Source: Proteromonas lacertae | Taxonomy: Eukaryota | DNA: 32,281 nucleotides | Assembly (NCBI GenBank): GCA_002245135.1 | Contig: NGBS01001219.1 | Coordinates: 1 to 32,281, forward strand | Direction: 5' to 3' | Shown here: positions 12,210 to 22,895 of the stretch, in pieces | Position numbering within the stretch: position 1 is the first letter of the stretch | Layout: every line of letters starts with the position of its first letter | The notes under the pieces: generated by a model | Database searches by the model: none | Told to the model about the DNA's origin: nothing | The model's input: the letters and a program-made list of their open reading frames with translations, nothing else | Position numbers and translations under genes: made by a program

Positions 12210-12836
12210 ATATCACATATAATTCATCATTTTATATCTCTTTCATTGGTATCTCACACTCTTAATACTCTTTTCATTATTCAATAGATTGAAAATCAGA
12301 AAATTCTAAAAATTTCATCAAGCCAAATGATTATTCAAACCCAATAAACAAAGAAATGCTATTTTTGTGATTACTATGAAGTATAATGGTGAAATGATGT
12401 GTATTTCGATGATGATGATGATGATGAAATATGTGACTATGTATAGAATAGATGATAATATTTGGTATAATTGTAAAAGTGAGTGAAAGGTAATATTAGA
12501 ATCACATAAAATGAAAGATGATATAAAACAGTGAAATCTAATGTTTAATGGTTTATTGTAGTATAGTGTTCAAAATTGTGTGTAAGTTGTTTTTGAACAG
12601 TTTAAAAGCTGTGTATGATGATAATATGATAACATGAATATGATATGAGTGTGAATGTAATGAGTATATAATTGTGTGGAGTAATAAAAGTGAAAATAAG
12701 AATATATTCGAGAAAATTCTGAGAAAAGAATCAAGCCAAATATATTTTAAGAATATTTTATTTATAAAAATCAAGATGAATTAATGTATGTTGAAATATA
12801 ATGAAAAAAATGATATAGAATTGTATGTGATGAAAT
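12210..12836 (+). repeat. Non-coding ~620-bp repeat, copy A (other copies ~15805-16507 on minus and ~16819-17350 on plus)
   Basis: Near-identical sequence, including TCAAGCCAAATGATTATTCAAACCCAATAAACAAAGAAATGC and a variable (GAT)n tract. The same spurious MIFINKIF ORF appears three times in the track. Confidence 0.9.
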
Positions 12837-13464
12837 TATAATGAAAATTCAATCCCAAATATATCTCAAGCCAAGAAATAAAGAAATGTTTTATTTGTGG
12901 TTATTATGAAGTATATTGCTGAAATATAGTGTATTTAGATAATCATGTGAGTGAAAAGTATGTTAGAGTTATCTGATGGAGTATGATGATCAAAGTTGTA
13001 TGTAATAATAATTAGCATCTAATTGTTGATTAAGATATTCAGTTTATGTGTTTGATCATCACAATATTTCGTCAATCTATCATTATTTTTTTTTCAATTA
13101 TTTTATTTCTATTGTTGTAATATTTATGCAATAATTATAATCATGTAATAATTGATATTCTTTTCTACTTAATCTATAACTTTTGACTTTATATTTTATT
13201 ACATCATAATGTGATAAATTTGCAAAAAATCTAACATATTGTGTTTATACAATTGGTATATATATCATCTCAATAACTTGATATAAAATTCTACTTGATT
13301 TTGATTGCAAATTATCAAGAAAATAAAAGAATGTTCATCCTCATTATTTTAAATTGATTTTGATAAATTATTTTTATTTAATAAACTTGGTTTTATTTTT
13401 CTAATTTGATTCTTAATATTTCTTGATTTTTTGAATTATTTTATAAAATTAAATTATTAAATAA

Positions 13465-14502
13465 TTAATTTTTAATTTTAATTATATTATCATTCTTATC
13501 AAATTTTATTTTATCATTGTCATGATTCTTTTCTACATAGTAATACTTCACATATTCACATAATCTACAAATAGTAAATGAATAATCAACATCAAATCTA
13601 TCATACCATTCTTTACTATATGAATTTGTCCAAGATATATACTCATGTAATATTTTATCATTATCTTTAATTGAAACTATATATTTCATCATATCATCAT
13701 AGTTTTTATAATCTCCACTGAATATTACTGATCTTTTATTAGGAAAATACAAATGAGAATTTCTTGGACCAAAATATATAGGAATTGAACCAGCTTTAAA
13801 ACAATCCAACAATTTCTCTGTTACATAATAATCATCAATTTCATTTGAATGTATTTTACCCCATTTAACACTATGAATTGAATTTTCTATTGCTATACAA
13901 AATTTATATTTTTTAAGCAAGTCAATTTTATCTTTTGGATATGGATTATTGAATGCTGAGCCATATTTATCAACATTCAAGTAATTATTTATTAATTCTA
14001 TTATCTTGTTTCTATTTCTATATTTTTTACCATATACTGCCACACCAGCTGTTTTTCTTAATGAGAATGGATAGTCTTTCAAAGCCTTTATAGCTGATTT
14101 AATTATACTACTAGCATTATGACCTGTGAAATATGTCATAGCAAAATTGTGTTTTGTATAATACAATCGATAAGTAACTGCAAACTGAAAATCTTTATCT
14201 TGACCTTCTGATATTCTATAACTTCTAGGCCATCTTTGTTGTGGTTCTAGATTCACATCAATATTTAAGCTGTTATGTTCATGTTGTTTGTAGTAATTGA
14301 ACAAATCACTATACATATATCCTGTTGAGTTTTTATTATTATTTTCAACTATTTCACACACTACATTATAAGGACAATTTTGTTTTGACACATATATTGA
14401 AAACCAATGAAAGAAACTACTTCTAATATTCAACACAATATGTGTAGGATGACTCTTACTAAGTATAGAAATAAAAAACAAAAGTAATATAGAACAATTC
14501 AT
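13465..14502 (-). CDS. Alpha-1,3/4-fucosyltransferase (GT10 family), N-terminal signal anchor
   Basis: Intact 345 aa with the GT10 motif KIDLLKKYKFCIAIENS...DYYVTEKLLDCFKAGSIPIYFG; also VDKYGSAF, TYRL and terminal CRLC. Confidence 0.92.
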   Translation of the reverse strand: MNCSILLLFFISILSKSHPTHIVLNIRSSFFHWFSIYVSKQNCPYNVVCEIVENNNKNSTGYMYSDLFNYYKQHEHNSLNIDVNLEPQQRWPRSYRISEGQDKDFQFAVTYRLYYTKHNFAMTYFTGHNASSIIKSAIKALKDYPFSLRKTAGVAVYGKKYRNRNKIIELINNYLNVDKYGSAFNNPYPKDKIDLLKKYKFCIAIENSIHSVKWGKIHSNEIDDYYVTEKLLDCFKAGSIPIYFGPRNSHLYFPNKRSVIFSGDYKNYDDMMKYIVSIKDNDKILHEYISWTNSYSKEWYDRFDVDYSFTICRLCEYVKYYYVEKNHDNDKIKFDKNDNIIKIKN

Positions 14503-14531
14503 GATATATTATCATGAAAATTTGTATTTTA

Positions 14532-15658
14532 TTAATTACATCCATATAATTCTACATTCTTTACTAAAAATTCATATATTGATAATTTAGATTTATAATA
14601 AGCAATTCCACTAAATGAACTAGATGATGTTAAAAACAATATTTTACATTCTGATAATATATGAGCTTCAACAACAGAATATATAAATCCATCTGTTACT
14701 CTTGAAGCAGATCCTCTGGAATGAACTTTCTCATGAATATCATTAACAACATATTCAGCATATTTTGATTTATATTTCATTAATATCTCATTATCATCAC
14801 TTGAAATATACCATTCTACATTTTTTAATTTCTTTGATATTTTTGTGGCATTTTGAATTGCTTCTTCTATTTGGTGATTATTTAAAAATGTCACTCCTCT
14901 ATCATTCCATCCTTTGTGATTTGTTCTAAAATGAAATCCTATCAATAATTTATTCTTTGAGAATTTATTTGTTATTTTCATTATTTCATTTTCGACCAAT
15001 TTTGATGGTTTGAAGAAGAATTTATATAAGAAATGTCTTATTTCAGTTGCTTGTTTATAAATAATATTCTTTGATCTTTCAGTTATTAATCCAGAATTCT
15101 TGAGTTTATTACCAAAATTACCATATTTTATAAATCATTCAGTCAAATCACAACATGTTAAAAATTTCAAATGATCATCATTTATTGTGGATATTTCTTT
15201 CAATTGATTTTCATTAAAACAGGTTATATAATCAAAATATCTTCTACCACCATTAATAACACTAGGAACATGAACTGTTGAAAGTGGAGTGGAGAAATAT
15301 GAATCAAAAGTATTCCAATTCTGTAACAATATTGCTCTATCACTCATCATTGACAAAAATGTTACTCCTACAAGAGTTCGTAATTTATTTCCCATTCCAC
15401 CACTTGGATGTTGATAATACACTAAACTTCGACTTTTTGTTTTATTTAATAAACCTTTTACCCATTCTTTATGTTTTTCAGAATAAATTGAAAATATATT
15501 GGAGGTGTATTGTAAGGGTTGTTCTTTTTATCAGCATATATATATTTTCTATTATTTGACTTTACTATTTTTGATATATGTAAAATTGGAATAAATAATA
15601 TTAACAATGAACAAACAATAATATCTAGACAATTTACTCATACAACTCTTTTATTCAT
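14532..15658 (-). pseudogene. Alpha-1,2/1,6/O-fucosyltransferase-superfamily gene (GT11/23/37/NodZ-like), disrupted
   Basis: GGMGNKL...SDRAIL, motif I IGFHFRT, motif II YISSD, motif III EAHILSEC...SSSSFSGIA. ATG at 15658 is followed by a TM segment. In-frame TGA at 15638-15640 and 15135-15137, plus a 1-nt homopolymer frameshift near 15526. Confidence 0.85.
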
Positions 15659-17551
15659 ATATTTATTATTAACACATTTTTCACATTTCATTTTTCAAAA
15701 TAAATTATTCTATCTATTTCTAAAGAATTTATTTCATTAATATTCATACTCTCTACATTTAAATAATAAGCAACTTCAAAATACTATTAATGTAAATTTG
15801 TCATATACAATTCTATATCATTTTTTTCACTATATTTCAACATACATTAATTCATCTTGATTTTTATAAATAAAATATTCTTAAAATATATTTGGCTTGA
15901 TTCTTTTCTCAGAATTTTCTCGAATATATTCTTATTTTCACTTTTATTACTCCACACAATTATATACTCATTACATTCACACTCATATCATATTCATGTT
16001 ATCATATTATCATCATACACAGCTTTTAAACTGTTCAAAAACAACTTACACACAATTTTGGATCACTATACTACAATTAAACATTAAACATTAGATTTTA
16101 CTTTTTTATATCATCTTTCATTTTATATAATTCTAATATTATCTTTCACTCACTTTTACAAAATTATCAACCACTATCATATATTCTATACATATTCACA
16201 TATTTTACCACCATCATCATCGAAATACACATCATTTCACTAATATACTTCATAGTAATCACAAAAATAGCATTTCTTTGTTTATTGGGTTTGAATAATC
16301 ATTTGGCTTGATGAAATTTTTAGAATTTTCTGATTTTCAATCTATTGAATAATGAAAATAAGTGTATGTAGTTTTTGATGTATATGATAATAGAATGTTG
16401 GATGAAATTATGTGAGCAGGTATATATTAGACTGTTAGAAAGAAAAGAGTATTAAGAGTGTGAGATACCAATGAATGAGATATAAAATGATGTATTATAT
16501 GTGATATATATTTAACATGGCTACAGTAGAATAGGGCAGTTTAAAATATTCTATTTATTAAAAATACACGCATGTTAATAAATAGTAATGAAAATGAATA
16601 TGGCTTTTCTTTGTTGCTGTATTATTCAATACCAAAAATGAGAGATAATTTTAAGCAGTTGTAAATATGTATTATTTTAGTTTTATATTTGGAAGTAGAT
16701 ATAGAAAAGAAAAATAAAGTGAAATTATTATCTATATAAGATTATTATTGTAATATAAATTCAAATTATATCTATTTTAATTTATCACTAAGTAATTTGT
16801 TATTGGTATGTTTTATGAATCAGAAAATTTGAAAATTTTAAGAATCTTATCAAGCCAAATGATTATTCAAACCCAATAAACAAAGAAATGCTATTTTTGT
16901 GATTTACTCTGAAGTATATTGGTGTAATGATGTGTATTTCGATGATGATGATGAAATATGTGAATATGTATAGAATATATGATAGTAGTTGATAGTTTTG
17001 TAAAAGTGAGTGAAAGGTAATATTAGTATTACATAAAATGAAAGATAAAAAAGTAAAATCTAATGTTTAATGGTTTATTGTAGTATAGTGATCCAAAATT
17101 GTATATAAATTGCTTTTGAATAGTTTAAAAGCTGTGTATGATGATAATATGATAACATGAATATGATATGAGTGTGAATGTAATGAGTATATAATTGTGT
17201 GGAGTAATAAAAGTGAAAATAAGAATATATTCGAGAAAATTCTGAGAAAAGAATCAAGCCAAATATATTTTAAGAATATTTTATTTATAAAAATCAAGAT
17301 GAATTAATGTATGTTGAAATATAGTGAAAAAAATGATATAGAATTGTATATGACAAATTTACATTAATAGTATTTTGAAGTTGCTTATTATTTAAATGTA
17401 GAGAGTATGAATATTAATGAAATAAATTCTTTAGAAATAGATAGAATAATTTATTTTGAAAAATGAAATGTGAAAAATGTGTTAATAATAAATATATGAA
17501 TAAAAGAGTTGTATGAGTAAATTGTCTAGATATTATTGTTTGTTCATTGTT
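15603..17551. repeat. Inverted repeat: arms ~15603-16335 and ~16819-17551, spacer ~480 bp
   Basis: 17551 back to 16819 is the near-exact reverse complement of 15603-16335, including the first codons of the fucosyltransferase gene. Confidence 0.92.
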
Positions 17552-18131
17552 GTGAGATTATGGGATGAAAGTATTATTAATAAAAAATGCCTATATTACT
17601 ATAATTATCAACCAATATACTCCGACTCAAATCATTTTAGTTTATTTTACTTAAAATTACTAATAAAGAGGATTATTAAGATAATTGAAAAATATGTAAA
17701 TTATGATAGGGAGTATGCATAATGATAAATACCCTATGTATCATATGCCAAAATCGAGTTTTATTTTTTGAAAATTTAAAACACCAGAGATGTAATAAGA
17801 GAATTCTTTTTGAAATATAACGGATATGTAAAAAATAGTAGAGGAGTGACATTTTTAAATAATCACCAAATAGAAGAAGAAGCAATTCAAAATGTAGAAT
17901 GGTATATTTCAAGTGATGATAATGAGATATTAATGAAATATAAATCAAAATATGCTGAATATGTTGTTAATGATATTCATGATAAAGTTCATTCCAGAGG
18001 ATCTGCTTCAAGAGTAACAGATGGATTTATATATTCTGTTGTTGAAGCTCATATATTATCAGAATGTAAAATATTGTTTTTAACATCATCTAGTTCATTT
18101 AGTGGAATTGCTTATTATAAATCTAAATTAT

Positions 18132-20142
18132 GAAAAGATGTAAATTTAGCACGTGCTCAATCGATTGAACATGGGGTTTATAGAGGGTTTTTGTCTATTC
18201 AAATTAGATATTCTTATGCATCTTTGTATTTCTTATTTATAAAGAAAAGTCTCAGCTTCATATGTAAACTACATGCTAATTCAATTAATTTGATTTCGAA
18301 TATTTCACTCAGTAATAGCTTCAAAAAATGCTATAAATTATGTTTAGACAGGATCTCCGTTTTATTTCTTCATATAAAAACTATTGAATGAGAAATCTTT
18401 AAAAATAAAAATTGAGCACAAGTTTTGATTTGAAAATTTTTCAACATAGATTTAAATTTTGAGCATGAGTGTATAAGAAGTAAATTAATAAAATAAACAT
18501 TACAATCAATTGCATATTTTACAATAAATATTATGAGTGATTAAAATAGTTTTTTCATAACTTCATTTAATCAAATTATTTAATTTCTTATTATTTTAAA
18601 ACTCTGATTGAAATTAATTAATCATAACTTTATCACAATCATTACAGCTTATTATGTAATTTCAATAACAAATTAACTCATTATGATACTATTGGTTTAC
18701 AATTTCAAAAACAAAAATATGGTTTTACTTGTGGTTATTTTATATTATATATAATATTATTAATTAGTAATATTAAACAAATTGTGGAATTAGATGATGA
18801 TGAAATGTTGAAAGATTTTAAATTAAATATTCAACAAAAATACAATTAAAATAATTGAACTAAATTTTAATATTAATCATTAATATTATTATATTATTAT
18901 TTTAATTATTTTTGTTTTATTTATTATTTTTAATTAAAAATAAACAAAACTCAAAATATAAATCAATTTTAATTTCTTCATAATTTTATTTTTATCATCT
19001 TTTATTTATCAAAATGTTTAAAAAGTTTTATTTATTTCTTTTTTCTATCATCAACATTTATATCATCATTTAATTTTATTATGTTATTCATTGTTTTATT
19101 CATATCATTATTTTTAACTTCATATTATACTCTTATCATTTCCTGATAATTCTTCTTTTAACATATTCAAACTTAAAATTACTCAATTACATTTCCTTAT
19201 TTTGATCATATATTACATGAATAATATGATCTTTTATATATAATAACAAACCTACTGATCTGAAGAATCTAAAAGGAAAGATAATGCATATATGCAATTT
19301 TTGTGATATTATTTCTTCAACTTAATACCATAACTAAAATCTTTCATACATATTTATGGATTAATAAATCTAAACTTTCTAAAGGAATAATAGAAATTAT
19401 AGTACAATATGATTCTACTATCTCTGACGATTTATTCTTTCATCTACAATTTTATATAATAGACAAGTAACATATTAAAAATAAAATGCTATTATGCTAT
19501 ACATGTAGTAACTACAAAAGAAATTAAGAAAACTAATATAGAATTATATTCGTTTCTATGTTTGATTTGAGTTTAAATAAAATAATTATAAATATTGAAT
19601 CTTCTGATGTAAATTAATATAATATAGAATTGATACATTTAATTTTTGTTGATTAAATAATTTCAATCAGAGTTTTAAAATAATAAGAAATTAAATAATT
19701 TGATTAAATGAAGTTATGAAAAAACTATTTTAATCACTCATAATATTTATTGTAAAATATGCAATTGATTGTAATGTTTATTTTATTAATTTACTTCTTA
19801 TATACTCATGCTCAAAATTTAAATCTATGTTGAAAAATTTTCAAATCAAAACTTGTGCTCAATTTTTATTTTTAAAGATTTCTCATTCAATAGTTTTTAT
19901 ATGAAGAAATAAAACGGAGATCCTGTCTAAACATAATTTATAGCATTTTTTGAAGCTATTACTGAGTGAAATATTCGAAATCAAATTAATTGAATTAGCA
20001 TGTAGTTTACATATGAAGCTGAGACTTTTTTTTATAAATAAGAAATACAAAGATGCATAAGAATATCTAATTTGAATAGACAAAAACCCTCTATAAACCC
20101 CATGTTCAATCGATTCAGCATGTGCTCAAATGTTAAGTAACC
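18132..20142. mobile_element. Non-autonomous Mutator-like (MULE) DNA transposon, 2011 bp, with 493-bp TIRs (18132-18624, 19650-20142) and 9-bp TSD CTAAATTAT (18123-18131, 20143-20151)
   Basis: Long near-identical inverted termini, G...C ends and a 9-bp direct duplication. The uninterrupted paralog near 14582-14590 (minus) has CTAAATTAT only once. No transposase ORF visible. Confidence 0.88.
18628..18849 (+). pseudogene. ULP1/C48-like cysteine protease remnant inside the TIR element
   Basis: Start-less open frame LYHNHYSLLCNFNNKLTHYDTIGLQFQKQKYGFTCGYFILYIILL. It has His (NHYSL), Asp (HYDTIG) and QxxGxxCGxF in ULP1 order, with an apparent deletion between Asp and Gln. Confidence 0.6.
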
Positions 20143-20249
20143 CTAAATTATTAATATATGAATTTTTAGATTAGAAAGAAATTATTTGTAAAGAATGCAG
20201 AATTATATGGATGTAATTAATGTTTATTATTACATCATTCAGCAAAAGT

Positions 20250-20458
20250 TAAAACAAATTTGTAGTTATAATTTAAGTGTGTGAAATATTTGAAAATAAT
20301 AATAAAAATTCAATAAGTAATATGTTGAATTACTGCCGACCTAAATATTAATGTGAATCTAGAACCATAACAAAGATGATTATGATAAAGATTTTCAGTT
20401 TGCAATTACTTATCGATTATATTATACAAAACACAATTTTGCTATGACATATTTCACA
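20250..20458 (+). pseudogene. Decayed inverted duplicate of part of the GT10 gene
   Basis: GTGAATCTAGAACCA..., GATAAAGATTTTCAGTTTGCA...ACACAATTTTGCTATGACATATTTCACA match the reverse complement of ~14124-14380, with deletions and new stops. Confidence 0.88.
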
Positions 20459-20684
20459 TGTTATATTAAGCAGTTTAATTATGTAAAATAAGAAGATGTA
20501 GAAAGAAAGTTAAATCTCATTCACTTTCAAAATGCAATTAAATATTTGATATTGTTATATATATTTATGGAAATTTCTTTCATAAATGTCTCTTAATGCT
20601 ATTCTGCCTATTAGATGTGCTGGTCTACATGGAATATATCCACAACTAGTTCATAACAATATTATTACATTTACAAAATCTGTT

Positions 20685-21746
20685 TTATATAAATTTACTA
20701 ATATTATACATTATCATTATTGATGCAGGAGAATAAGGATGCATTGCAATCATTAAATTGGATTTTATTAATTCGCAAAATTGACAATCCCATTGCATTT
20801 GTATTATTTCTCCTCTAAGATTATATTTCTTTATTGATGAATCATTTCCAATTATTTCTCCATAATAAACATCATCTGCTCTATGCATTGGATTATGAAT
20901 AAAACTGTTGTTATATATTATTTTAACAGTTTTCATTGAAAATATATAGAAACATCCTTGAGGATAAAGTATATTTCTTTTCTTTAATATTGTCAGTTCT
21001 GTTATAACATCATATCCTTTATTCAATAACCCTTTAATTCTCCACGGAAATACTAAAGCATCTAAATTGCATCTTATAAAATATTTAATATTAGGATATT
21101 TTTCTATCAACCATTTATGCATTGACATCATCAATAATGTAATATTATAGTATGTATTTATCATATCAAAAACAATAATATCTTCAAACATTTTTTCTTC
21201 CTCTTCTAAATCTGAATACTTATATGAAAACAATTTCTCTGGAATTAATCCTGTAAAGAATAAATATTTGGTTTTTAATCCATCAATATATTCTTCTTTA
21301 AATACAGTATTTCTTGCTGTTATTCTACCATCTATATATGGAGGAGCAAATGGTAAAGCAAAAATAATATCATATCCAGAAAATGTTGGTGGTTCAAGAA
21401 TTGCTTTATAACCTCCATTATATTTATCATATATTTCTGGATATTTTATTCTTGATGTATGAGGTATTTTTATTCTATATTCATTGCATCTATATGCATG
21501 ATCAAGATCTTTTTCATATCTCTTTAAACATATTTTGGTTTTTTTAATTTGTTCATTTAATTTTGATTCTTCATACTTATAAAACTGAATAAAATCATTT
21601 GAAATTAATTGTTTCTTCTTAAGTGTAATAGACGGAGTATTTTTATTTATATCAATGCTATTGTAAATAAAATATTTACTATAATTAAAGAAGTAAATTG
21701 ACATCAAAATTATAATTGAGAAATAATGTATAAGGTTATATTTCAT
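20685..21746 (-). CDS. GT31-family (beta-1,3-galactosyl/GlcNAc-transferase-like) type II membrane protein
   Basis: 353 aa with N-terminal TM; LEEEEKMFEDIIVFDMINTYYNITLL, KYFIRCNLDALV, YPQGCFYIFS, ADDVYYG. Confidence 0.85.
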   Translation of the reverse strand: MKYNLIHYFSIIILMSIYFFNYSKYFIYNSIDINKNTPSITLKKKQLISNDFIQFYKYEESKLNEQIKKTKICLKRYEKDLDHAYRCNEYRIKIPHTSRIKYPEIYDKYNGGYKAILEPPTFSGYDIIFALPFAPPYIDGRITARNTVFKEEYIDGLKTKYLFFTGLIPEKLFSYKYSDLEEEEKMFEDIIVFDMINTYYNITLLMMSMHKWLIEKYPNIKYFIRCNLDALVFPWRIKGLLNKGYDVITELTILKKRNILYPQGCFYIFSMKTVKIIYNNSFIHNPMHRADDVYYGEIIGNDSSIKKYNLRGEIIQMQWDCQFCELIKSNLMIAMHPYSPASIMIMYNISKFI

Positions 21747-21793
21747 TGATTTATAATAGAATTGTTAATATTAATATTGTTTCTTTTATTTTA

Positions 21794-22846
21794 ATGATAT
21801 TAAAATATTATATTCTTTTATTTGCTTATACAATTATTTTTATGTTGGTACTTACATATAACAACTACACAAACTATAAATTAGTGATAAATAACAAAGA
21901 AAAAAGGAGTGATGAAGGTTTAAAATTTAGTGAAATTTATAAACAGGAAATATTCAAACTAGAAAAAAACGAAATTATCACTTTAAATTGTCTAAAAATA
22001 TTTAAGAATCCAGAGAAAAGGAGAGGTGAATGTAGCAAATATAAATCATCCATCCCATCATATCAAAAAATACCTTACAAAGATATATACAAAGAGTATA
22101 ATGGTGGATATAATACTATAATACAACCAACTTTCCATAATAACGTTGATATAATTGTAGGTGTACCGTTTGCTCCTCCTTTAATAGATGGAAGAATTGT
22201 TGCTAGAAGAACATATATGAATATAGAAAAGATTGATGGATATAATGCATTTTATATATTTTTTACAGGCACTATACCTTATGGAATTTATAATTATAAT
22301 TTTTCTTATTTACAGGAAGAAGCAAAAATATTTAATGATATTATAGTATTTGATATGGTTAATACATATTGGAACATAACATTGTTGTTAATGTCAATGC
22401 ACAAATGGATCATTGAAAATTATCCTAATATTAAATATTTTATCAGATGCAATTTAGATGCAGTTTTTGTTCCTACTAGAATTTCAGGATTATTAGATAA
22501 AAAATATGATGTAATATCTCAAATTGGAATACATAAAAATTGGAATATAAATTATCCTCAAGGGTTCTTTTATATTTTTTCATTTAAATTTGTTAAACAT
22601 GTTTATGAAATGAGTTTTAAAAGAAAATTACATAGATTTGATGATTTATTTTATGGCCAAATTATATCTTTAGATAAATCTATAAAAATTTATGATTTAA
22701 AAAATCAAAGTGATTTCTTTTGCACTTATTGTCCTTTATTATATACAAAGTCATTTATTTCATTACATGGTTATGTATATTCGCCAGCATTGATAGAAAT
22801 TATATACAATAATACATTAAATGATAAATTTAAGAATGTTTTATGA
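21794..22846 (+). CDS. GT31-family type II membrane protein, paralog of 20685-21746
   Basis: First in-frame ATG at 21794 (track start 21746 is TTG). TM, then LQEEAKIFNDIIVFDMVNTYWNITLL, KYFIRCNLDAVF, YPQGFFYIFS, FDDLFYG. Confidence 0.85.
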   Translation: MILKYYILLFAYTIIFMLVLTYNNYTNYKLVINNKEKRSDEGLKFSEIYKQEIFKLEKNEIITLNCLKIFKNPEKRRGECSKYKSSIPSYQKIPYKDIYKEYNGGYNTIIQPTFHNNVDIIVGVPFAPPLIDGRIVARRTYMNIEKIDGYNAFYIFFTGTIPYGIYNYNFSYLQEEAKIFNDIIVFDMVNTYWNITLLLMSMHKWIIENYPNIKYFIRCNLDAVFVPTRISGLLDKKYDVISQIGIHKNWNINYPQGFFYIFSFKFVKHVYEMSFKRKLHRFDDLFYGQIISLDKSIKIYDLKNQSDFFCTYCPLLYTKSFISLHGYVYSPALIEIIYNNTLNDKFKNVL

Positions 22847-22895
22847 ATTATAAAAGAATTAAACAAAGATAACATACATAAATGTAATTAGTGAA

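Larger units (their letters stand above)
17828..20210 (+). pseudogene. Inverted duplicate of the 3' end of the 14532-15658 fucosyltransferase, split by the TIR element (pieces 17828-18131 and 20143-20210)
   Basis: RGVTFLNNHQIEE...NVEWYISSDDNEILMKYKSK...SSSSFSGIAYYKSKL is almost identical to the 14532-14999 ORF, with an internal deletion. The match resumes after 20143 (AATATATGAATTTTTAG...GAATTATATGGATGTAATTAA). Confidence 0.92.

Noticed and set aside
9954..15640. Alternative genetic code (TAA=Gln or TGA=Trp)
   Set aside because: Intact genes have long stop-free frames using TGG and CAA, and they end in TAA, TAG and TGA. The GT10 duplicate shows CAA>TAA and TGG>TGA as mutations, and the affected genes also carry frameshifts or deletions.
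12553..17297. Three copies of the MIFINKIFLK ORF as a gene family
   Set aside because: They start with TTG, have low-complexity translations and variable ends; they are a by-product of the non-coding repeat.
18191..20083. Twin 66-aa ORFs (MSIQIRYS...)
   Set aside because: They have TTG starts, lie within the TIRs and show no recognisable motif.
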